From: Candidatus Bathyarchaeia archaeon
Lineage (GTDB): Archaea; Thermoproteota; Bathyarchaeia; Bathyarchaeales; Bathycorpusculaceae
Reading direction: 5' to 3'
DNA: 64,000 nucleotides
Assembly (NCBI GenBank): GCA_038882655.1
Contig: JAVZNT010000001.1
Span: 122,576 to 186,575 of the forward strand
Below the pieces are notes generated by a model. That model was given only the letters and a program-made list of their open reading frames with translations. It did not search any database and was not told the DNA's origin. Both the position numbers and the translations under genes were made by a program. Shown one piece after another: positions 19,758 to 27,174 of the stretch. Positions within the stretch are counted from its first letter, which is position 1. Every line of letters starts with the position of its first letter.

Positions 19758-21899
19758 ATGGTGAAAGAAATGCAAAACAAAACGAAATTAAAAACATTCC
19801 TAACATTAATAGCCCTCCAACTCACAGCAAACGCCCTAATACTCCTTAATATTCCAATAGTAAGACAAACCTTCATCTTCGCATATTTCACACTAATGCC
19901 GGGCCTACTCATCATTCAACTACTAAAGCCCAAGGACCTTAGAAAAACCGAAATCCTCACTTTTTCTGTGGGAATAAGCGTTGCCCTACTAATGTTCATC
20001 GGCCTATTCGTAAACGAACTCGGATTTTCAATAGGCATAACTCGCCCCCTCTCACTTGTTCCCTTATTAACAGCCCTAAACATTTTCATACTCGCAAGCA
20101 CCATCCTCGTAATTTCAAAAGGAGACTACACCATTTTACAAAAAATAAAAATAAATGAAAAACCCCATACAATCCACCTACTCATACTATTAATAATCAC
20201 CACAAGCATACTAGGCGCCATATGGGTAACTATCTACAGAAACAATACAATCCTAATGTTAACCATAGCCCTAATAGCCATAACCTTCTCCATAGGATTA
20301 TTCTCAAACAAAGTCTTTCCACCAAAAAGCTACAAAATCGCCATTTTAGGAATAGCGCTCGCCATCCTCCTCCACGCAACGCTAATATACAAATACCCCA
20401 TTCCCTACGGATCTGACACATCATACGAACTTTACATCTACGAATCCACAGAAAACAAAGCCTACTGGAACTCAACCCTTTTCCGAGACCAGTTGCACGG
20501 CAGACTAAACTCAATGGCAAGCATTACAGTTCTCCCAACAATCTACTCGACAATATTAAATTTAGATCCATTATACGTGAGGAAAATTCTATACGCGGTA
20601 ATCTTCTCATTTGTACCATTAATCCTATTTCAATTTTGGCAAAAAAACTTCGGATATAAAAGATCCTTTATCGCAGTTTTCTTCTTCATGTCATCTATAA
20701 CATTTTTTACAGAAATGGTTGGGCTTGGCAGACAAATGATTGCCGAGCTTTTCTTTGCCCTACTGCTAATAATAATTTTCAACAGAAAAAGGACATTCTT
20801 CGATAACGCATGTTACGCAATCTTCAGCGTGGCGTTGGTGATATCCCATTACGCTTTAGCAGAAATTTTCCTAGGGCTGATCATCCTCACAACGTTAATT
20901 GTGCTAATATTAACAAGGAAACCAACCAGAAAAGCCACAATAACCATGACCGCATTCTTCCTCGTCGTAATGTTCACATGGTACATATATACTTCCCACT
21001 CAACAGTATTCGAAAGCACAGTATCCTTCGGAAACTACGTGCTTGAACAACTAGACGAATTCTTCAACCTATCATCAAGAGAGCCAACAATACTGAGAGC
21101 GCTTGGACTTGAAAAACCAGAAACCATCTGGAACCTTGCAAGCAGAGTTTTCTTTTATCTTACCGAACTCTTAATAGCCCTTGGCTTTATAGCACTGATC
21201 ACAAAACGAACAGATATAAAACTTGAAAACGAACAATTCATCTTTACAATAGTGGCAATGTTCTTCCTAGGCTTAACTATAGTAATGCCGGGCATGTCCA
21301 AAACCCTTAACGCAACAAGGTTCTATCACATTTTGCTGTTCATACTAGCGCCCCTATGCGTATTAGGAAGCGAGTTCCTAACCAAACTAATATTTAAACA
21401 AAGGCATAATCTCGCGTCCACAAGCTTACTCTTCATGGTTTTGGTGCCCTACTTTCTATTCCAGTCAGGCTTCATCTACGAACTAGTAAATAACGAAAGC
21501 TATGCACCCCTCAGCCTCCACAGAATGGACCCATATCGCCTCTACTTCTGGGCTGGATTCGCAGACGACCCAAGCGTGCACGGTGTTAAATGGTTATCCG
21601 CAAACGTAAACTTTAAGCAAACCCATATATTTGCAGACCTATCTTCAATAAGGCACCTATTGCGCGCTTACGGCCTTATACCTGATAGATATGTCACCTC
21701 TGTTTCTAATACAACTATAATGTCACAAGGGCAACTAGTCTACCTAAACTCGCTAAACACTGTCCACAACGTAACAGTTACCGGATCAATGGCTATTGGA
21801 CGTGTTTACACTCCCCCCACAAACGAGATTTCATTCTTAGAAAACATGAACAAAATATACACAAACGGAGGAGCTGAAATTTTACAGAACCAGCCTTAG
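19758..21899 (+). CDS. DUF2206 family multi-pass membrane protein (possible GT-C-type glycan enzyme)
   Basis: Many TM segments; PGL, GSD..YE, RQMIAE, SHY, TRFYH, C-terminal NKIYTNGGAEI. Confidence 0.8.
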   Translation: MVKEMQNKTKLKTFLTLIALQLTANALILLNIPIVRQTFIFAYFTLMPGLLIIQLLKPKDLRKTEILTFSVGISVALLMFIGLFVNELGFSIGITRPLSLVPLLTALNIFILASTILVISKGDYTILQKIKINEKPHTIHLLILLIITTSILGAIWVTIYRNNTILMLTIALIAITFSIGLFSNKVFPPKSYKIAILGIALAILLHATLIYKYPIPYGSDTSYELYIYESTENKAYWNSTLFRDQLHGRLNSMASITVLPTIYSTILNLDPLYVRKILYAVIFSFVPLILFQFWQKNFGYKRSFIAVFFFMSSITFFTEMVGLGRQMIAELFFALLLIIIFNRKRTFFDNACYAIFSVALVISHYALAEIFLGLIILTTLIVLILTRKPTRKATITMTAFFLVVMFTWYIYTSHSTVFESTVSFGNYVLEQLDEFFNLSSREPTILRALGLEKPETIWNLASRVFFYLTELLIALGFIALITKRTDIKLENEQFIFTIVAMFFLGLTIVMPGMSKTLNATRFYHILLFILAPLCVLGSEFLTKLIFKQRHNLASTSLLFMVLVPYFLFQSGFIYELVNNESYAPLSLHRMDPYRLYFWAGFADDPSVHGVKWLSANVNFKQTHIFADLSSIRHLLRAYGLIPDRYVTSVSNTTIMSQGQLVYLNSLNTVHNVTVTGSMAIGRVYTPPTNEISFLENMNKIYTNGGAEILQNQP

Positions 21900-22147
21900 T
21901 AAATTTTAAAGCATTTCACAAGCTACACTCGCTTCAGTACTTATTTAAATCAGCTGCATGGTACGCGGGTTTTATAACCAGTCATCTACACAATTACGAA
22001 CCAAAAACACTTCAGTATAAACCTAACTTGCGCATAACAAACAGCAAATTAATAGAATAATAACAATTTTGTTCAGAATAAAATATATCTTTCATCATCT
22101 TCACCCGAACAAACTGGAAAACTATGCCGCTCTAAAAAAGTTTATTG

Positions 22148-22168
22148 AACCTCTAGAAACCTTAAATG
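22148..22168 (+). promoter_or_regulatory. Putative BRE/TATA promoter (AACCTCTAGAAACCTTAAATG), leaderless type
   Basis: The identical 21-mer lies ~30 bp upstream of the ATG of both paralogs (also at 29224-29244). Confidence 0.5.
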
Positions 22169-22194
22169 CTTGCTCAACCCATTTTCAGTTTGAA

Positions 22195-23097
22195 ATGTGC
22201 CCAGAAACAAGCAAAAAAGCCGAAGAAAAATCATTTGAAATAATGACCACCCAGCATTTAATAGAAACAATAAATCAGCTTCAAACAGAAGTTGAAAATC
22301 TGAAACAAGAATTAAAAAAAGCCAAAAGCATACCATCCGGAAAAATAGGTTTAGCCTTCATAATTCTTAGCACATCGGCCCTAATTGCTTCTGTTTTAAT
22401 TAACTTGTATATCTTAGCCTTCATAGGTTTAGCCTTAGCCTTTTGGGGTGCCCTTTTCTTTTTCGTGAAGCCAGCGCGATATGCTCAAAGCAGCTTGTTA
22501 GCCCTAACAGCAACATCAACATACACAACAATCGACAGAATAATAAAAGACTTAAAATTCAAAGGTAAAAGCTATTACATACCACCTTCTCCACAAGCAG
22601 ATTCGCATGAATACTCTCAGGGCCTCAAAGACCCTGTAGTTTTCATAGCTGGCGATTCGCGTGGAATACTACCACTAGAGGAGGCTGTAGAAAGCAAGTT
22701 TCTACTCAAGAACCCCCACGGAATATACATTACTCCACCAGGACTTGGGCTTCTAAAACAGTTTGAAAAAGAATTAAGAAAGGACTTATCGAAGCTTAAA
22801 TTAACTGAATTATGCAAAATCCTGCCACCATTAATTGTTGATAATTTGCAATTGGCAAAAAATATTGAAATGCAAGCCAGAGATAGCCATGTTTACCTCA
22901 AAATATTAAACTCAACCTATATGGATTTATATATCACAGAGGAAAAATTGAAAAGCATTTACTTCCTTGGATGCCCACTCATAAGCGCTATAGCTTGCGC
23001 AGTAGCCAAGACTTCTGGAAAAACTGTTACAGTAGAAGGACAAAAAGTATCTAACGATAAGCAGACAGTCGAAGTTTGGTATCGTATAATGGAATAA
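22195..23097 (+). CDS. Hypothetical membrane protein, paralog A (coiled coil + 2 TM + GCPxxSAIAC domain)
   Basis: Colinear, high similarity to 29273..30196; shared MCP start places the start at ATG 22195. Confidence 0.75.
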   Translation: MCPETSKKAEEKSFEIMTTQHLIETINQLQTEVENLKQELKKAKSIPSGKIGLAFIILSTSALIASVLINLYILAFIGLALAFWGALFFFVKPARYAQSSLLALTATSTYTTIDRIIKDLKFKGKSYYIPPSPQADSHEYSQGLKDPVVFIAGDSRGILPLEEAVESKFLLKNPHGIYITPPGLGLLKQFEKELRKDLSKLKLTELCKILPPLIVDNLQLAKNIEMQARDSHVYLKILNSTYMDLYITEEKLKSIYFLGCPLISAIACAVAKTSGKTVTVEGQKVSNDKQTVEVWYRIME

Positions 23098-23313
23098 AAT
23101 ATCTATAACAATGTTTTTAGCCGCGCACTGATAATGGCAAACTAAGACCCAGTAGTCTTAGATGCAGCAACAAGCGTACAAAACAAAGTTTCTTTTTCAC
23201 CTTTCTGCTCAGATAGGTAAGGATAAGTTTTTAAACTCCTAGAACTCTCAAAGGAATGTTCTATAGCATATGTTCAGAAACCTTCTTATCTTCTTCCCAG
23301 CTACAATGATTAG

Positions 23314-24084
23314 GTGAAAATATATATGAATATGAAAAGAGGAGAAGTATACATTTCTATAGCCATCGCTTTAATTATAGCCTCAGCATTTATTCAACCT
23401 GCATTAGCATGCTACGTCTACGTAGAAGGATATGTGACATATTGCGGATGTACCCCTGCAGAAGGCCTAATAATCAAAGTCTACTACATACCATCAGTTA
23501 TTCCCGGTCCCGAACAGCTAGTAGGAACCGACATAACAGACTCCAGCGGATATTATAGGATAGATTTCCACCTGCCCTACTGGAATGAACAGTACAGAAT
23601 AGAACTTTGGTCTTCAGATGGCATCACACTTTTAAACCAAACAACAATACTATGGGTAATGAATGTTGATCATTATAGGATCGACTTCAAATTGCCTGGC
23701 ATATGTGGAGAAGGTTTCACGCCAGGCTTCTGGAGAAACCACTTAGAAATCTGGGTCACCTACACTCCAAGCACGCTTTGGAAAGATGTTTTCGAAGACC
23801 CAATATCAATAAGAATTGGTAAAAAGACAATCACAAATCCCACATTAGGACAAGTAATAATCGCTACAGGCGGAATCAACGAGAAAATAGGCGTATATGA
23901 CGCATTAGCAAGGCACGCCGTTGCAGCCCTTCTAAACGCAGCCCACCCCAACGTGGACTACCCAATGACGATAGCCGAAATAATAAACGCAGTCAATGAA
24001 GTGATCGGCAACGCTGACTATACAGACGCAGCAACATTGAAGAACACTCTAGAAGCGTACAACAACTTTGGCGGCACAATATAA
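23314..24084 (+). CDS. Secreted hypothetical protein (transthyretin/prealbumin-like N-domain + GFTPGFW...AVAALLNA C-domain)
   Basis: Signal peptide (PALA), TDSSGYY motif, TPGFWRNH and LARHAVAALLNAAHP motifs. Confidence 0.65.
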   Translation: MKIYMNMKRGEVYISIAIALIIASAFIQPALACYVYVEGYVTYCGCTPAEGLIIKVYYIPSVIPGPEQLVGTDITDSSGYYRIDFHLPYWNEQYRIELWSSDGITLLNQTTILWVMNVDHYRIDFKLPGICGEGFTPGFWRNHLEIWVTYTPSTLWKDVFEDPISIRIGKKTITNPTLGQVIIATGGINEKIGVYDALARHAVAALLNAAHPNVDYPMTIAEIINAVNEVIGNADYTDAATLKNTLEAYNNFGGTI

Positions 24085-24322
24085 ACAAACAATTACAGTT
24101 AAATGGACAAATCATCCCAAGAGCTGGCAAGCCTTAGAGGGCGTCTAAAGCTGTAAAGCTTTATAACTTTGCAACTACAACAACTTAGACTTCCAACACA
24201 AGAAAGATTGGGAAAAACAATCGAAATCGTACTAGTATTGCTAGAAAATATTAGAACAAAAATAACTTAATATAAACCGATAAACTTCTAATATTCCGAA
24301 TTAAAAATTGGACTGGAAACAT

Positions 24323-24874
24323 ATGAAAATGCCGCTAAAAACTCTGATCGGTTTCATAAGACGGCATCGGAAAACTTTGCTCCTAAGCATAACCGTTTCC
24401 TCAGCAACATTGCTGGTGAGCACAATAGTTTCCATATGGCTCAACAACTTTCACAACGTGCGCTTGCCAACTCTAGGAACTATAAGAGCAATTGGCGTTG
24501 AAGTTTATGGCGGCAATTTAACCAACGGTGCACAACTTGACTGGGGAACTATTTACCCGGGAACCTTGACAAACCGCTCATTTTACGTTCAAAGCGAAAG
24601 TAACACGCCAGTAACTTTAAGCCTAAAACAATTAAACTTCACACTCCTAAATTCAAAAGGAGAAAATGTCACTGACTATTTACCATTACCCCCAACAGAA
24701 GCATTAAACATCACATGGAACTGTGGTGGCGTTGTTTTAAACCCTAGACAAGAAACTTTTGCAACATTAACTCTAAACGTAACTAGAGATTTCGGTTTTG
24801 TACAGTTTTTGATAAACTATAATGTGGTTGAGTTTAATTTTGATATCCGCATTGAGGCAAAGCCGATAGAATAA
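24323..24874 (+). CDS. Small surface protein with N-terminal hydrophobic helix and DWG-x-x-x-PG beta-sandwich (putative filament subunit)
   Basis: GTIRAIGVEVY...LDWGTIYPG...FYVQSESNTPVTLSL...FNFDIRIEA; homologous to 30427..30873. Confidence 0.65.
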   Translation: MKMPLKTLIGFIRRHRKTLLLSITVSSATLLVSTIVSIWLNNFHNVRLPTLGTIRAIGVEVYGGNLTNGAQLDWGTIYPGTLTNRSFYVQSESNTPVTLSLKQLNFTLLNSKGENVTDYLPLPPTEALNITWNCGGVVLNPRQETFATLTLNVTRDFGFVQFLINYNVVEFNFDIRIEAKPIE

Positions 24875-24973
24875 TTTCTGTTCTATAACTTTAAGGCAAA
24901 TTTTCTATATCATTAATCCATAGGGGTTTAATTTTCAGTTCTGAAAATTCTAAATAGAGAAAGGAGAGCATCA

Positions 24974-25687
24974 ATGCAAAATACGCCAAACAATGTTATT
25001 TCAGTGGTTATTCCAGCCTACAACGAAGAGAAAACCATTGGAAGCGTCATTGAAGAAACCCTTCAAGTAATGGACAGCTTAGGTTTACCCTATGAAATTA
25101 TTGTTGTCGATGATGGTTCAACAGACGGCACTAAAGAGATAGCAAGCAAATATAAGGCTAGAGTATTATCCAATGGAAGAAATCAAGGAAAGGGTTACGC
25201 CCTAAGGAAGGGTTTCCAACATGCTCGAGGCGAAATAGTTGTAACAATTGACGCTGACGGTTCTCATAAACCAAAGGAAATCCCGGATTTGCTTTATCCG
25301 CTATTTAACGGGGCGGACATCGTAGCTGGTTCAAGATTCTTAGGTAAGGGGGAAGATTATACATCCAAACTTCATATGCTTGGTAACCATCTAATCAATA
25401 TGACAATAATGTTGCTGACACGAAAGCTTATCACAGATAGCCAAACAGGTCTAAGAGCCTTTAAAAGAAAATTACTTGAAAAAGTGAATTTAGAATCCTA
25501 CGGATATGAAATTGAAACCGAAATAACCGTTAAGGGACTAAAAAATGGCTTTAAGTTTCAAGAAATCCCGATTAGTTGCCAGAAGAGAGAGCACAGCGTT
25601 TCCAGGTTAAGGATACTTTCAGATGGGTTTAAAATTCTTAAAACAATTCTAACGTCCGTTGCTAAAAACAACAATGGTGATTCTTAG
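24974..25687 (+). CDS. Polyprenol-phosphate glycosyltransferase (GT2, DPM1-like)
   Basis: VVIPAYNEE, VVDDGSTDGT, NQGKGYAL, IDADGSH, GSRF, DSQTG. Confidence 0.9.
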   Translation: MQNTPNNVISVVIPAYNEEKTIGSVIEETLQVMDSLGLPYEIIVVDDGSTDGTKEIASKYKARVLSNGRNQGKGYALRKGFQHARGEIVVTIDADGSHKPKEIPDLLYPLFNGADIVAGSRFLGKGEDYTSKLHMLGNHLINMTIMLLTRKLITDSQTGLRAFKRKLLEKVNLESYGYEIETEITVKGLKNGFKFQEIPISCQKREHSVSRLRILSDGFKILKTILTSVAKNNNGDS

Positions 25688-25784
25688 AAAATTTTGGAAG
25701 TGTAGAAAATTGTTTCAAATCTTCTATATCTCATCTCCATACGCTCTTATATAGCGCTCTGATAAATTATTAGTGTGGTTACCA

Positions 25785-26348
25785 ATGAAAACTGTTTACG
25801 TAGCATTGGCCGTTCTATTAATTGGACTATTTCTAGCAACAGCTAATATAGCCCATGCACAATGGCCTGCGTTAAGCTCAGGTTATGCTGTAACAACAAA
25901 CTGGCATGGGAAAGAAGTTCCGCTGGGCGAAAGCGTCACCGTATGGGCAGGAACAACTGACTCGAATGTTCAAGAAGTGCTGTTCCGATGGAAAAGGCCA
26001 GATGAAACAATATTTGTTGAGATTAACGTTCCAGTAGTTGGTCCGTACACAACGCCCAACGTTCCTGAAGGCGTGCCACAAGAAATTATTAACTGGGCTA
26101 ACAGTAACCCAGGCATAAACGTCTATTACGCAAATAACACGCAAACTCCAGACACGCTTGGCGATTGGGGCGTTCAAGCTTTCTTCAGAGGACCAGGCGG
26201 GAAAACAAAAGCAGGCGTCGAAGAGACAATAGCTATAAGGGCAACGTCATTTAATGTCATACCAGACCTTCCCGTAGTCGGTACCGCAGGCGCGGTAACA
26301 GCAATGCTTTTAGGTTTAGGATTGTTTTTCCAGAAAAAGAAACAATAA
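25785..26348 (+). CDS. Secreted protein with C-terminal sorting signal IPDLP-TM-KKK (exosortase target 1)
   Basis: Signal peptide (AHA); C-terminus FNVIPDLPVVGTAGAVTAMLLGLGLFFQKKKQ. Confidence 0.75.
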   Translation: MKTVYVALAVLLIGLFLATANIAHAQWPALSSGYAVTTNWHGKEVPLGESVTVWAGTTDSNVQEVLFRWKRPDETIFVEINVPVVGPYTTPNVPEGVPQEIINWANSNPGINVYYANNTQTPDTLGDWGVQAFFRGPGGKTKAGVEETIAIRATSFNVIPDLPVVGTAGAVTAMLLGLGLFFQKKKQ

Positions 26349-26499
26349 AACTCTTGAGAACGATTTTAAAACATGCGGTTGTACCAAGATAATGGGTTTT
26401 TAATAGAAAATTTTGTTAAAGGGTCTATACTTGTTTTCCATGTCGATTTATAAGAGTGCGATTTCAAATATTTTATCGACGCACAAAGAGGGGAAAGGA

Positions 26500-27114
26500 T
26501 TGAACCTTAAAAAATTGCTGCTAGCGCTTGTAATTGTTGCTTTTGCTGCTAGTTCTATTTTTATATTAGGTGTCAAAGCGGAGGATGAAATAAACGACTA
26601 TGACAATGTACTTGCGGAACAAGTAATTAATGACATCAACAGCACTGTTAACTCAGGTCTTAATGAAGGAGAAATAAAATATGACCAAAATTACACGCTT
26701 TACAGGTTAACAGTGATGCCGAAAAGTGTTACCGTTGGGCAACAGGTAACTGCAATAGCGGAAACAGATAATAAACATGTGACCCATGTCACATTCGTGT
26801 GGGTAAAAGCGTTTGATGGAATCAGAAAAATAGAAACTGTTCCAGTTTATTTGGAAAACGGTTTGAAAAAAGCTGAAAGCACATACAACCCTGACGAGCG
26901 AGGTTCATGGTGGGTGTTCGCTTTGTTTGAGCAAAGATATGTTGATTCATGTAAATGTGGATGGTTGTTCGCCATGCGGTGGGCATGCTTTAGGGTCACT
27001 GGAATCCAACAACAAGTACCAGATTATCCAGTGGTTGGCACCGCTGGCGCCGTGACAAGCATGCTTGTGAGTTTAAGTTTATTCCTAAATAAGAAAAAAC
27101 AAAAGCCCATTTAG
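26500..27114 (+). CDS. Secreted protein with C-terminal sorting signal VPDYP-TM-KKK (exosortase target 2)
   Basis: Signal peptide (VKA) from TTG 26500; C-terminus QQVPDYPVVGTAGAVTSMLVSLSLFLNKKKQKPI. Confidence 0.75.
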   Translation: MNLKKLLLALVIVAFAASSIFILGVKAEDEINDYDNVLAEQVINDINSTVNSGLNEGEIKYDQNYTLYRLTVMPKSVTVGQQVTAIAETDNKHVTHVTFVWVKAFDGIRKIETVPVYLENGLKKAESTYNPDERGSWWVFALFEQRYVDSCKCGWLFAMRWACFRVTGIQQQVPDYPVVGTAGAVTSMLVSLSLFLNKKKQKPI

Positions 27115-27174
27115 CGGGCTCAATTTATTCTTAAACTTGCTTTCGGTTTTATTTTTGTTTGAAGGGTTGATATC

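Noticed and set aside
22069-22194. N-terminal extension of paralog A given in the ORF track
   Set aside because: The paralog starts at the equivalent MCP, and this stretch contains the shared promoter-like element.
23142-23161. CTAAGAC/GTCTTAG hairpin as a terminator or mobile-element end
   Set aside because: A single 7-bp stem with no adjacent U-tract, partner repeat or transposase; could be chance.
24323-24874. Type IV pilin call for the DWG proteins (also 30427..30873)
   Set aside because: No class III signal cleavage motif ([KR][GA]-hydrophobic) directly before the hydrophobic helix, unlike the true pilin at 54964.
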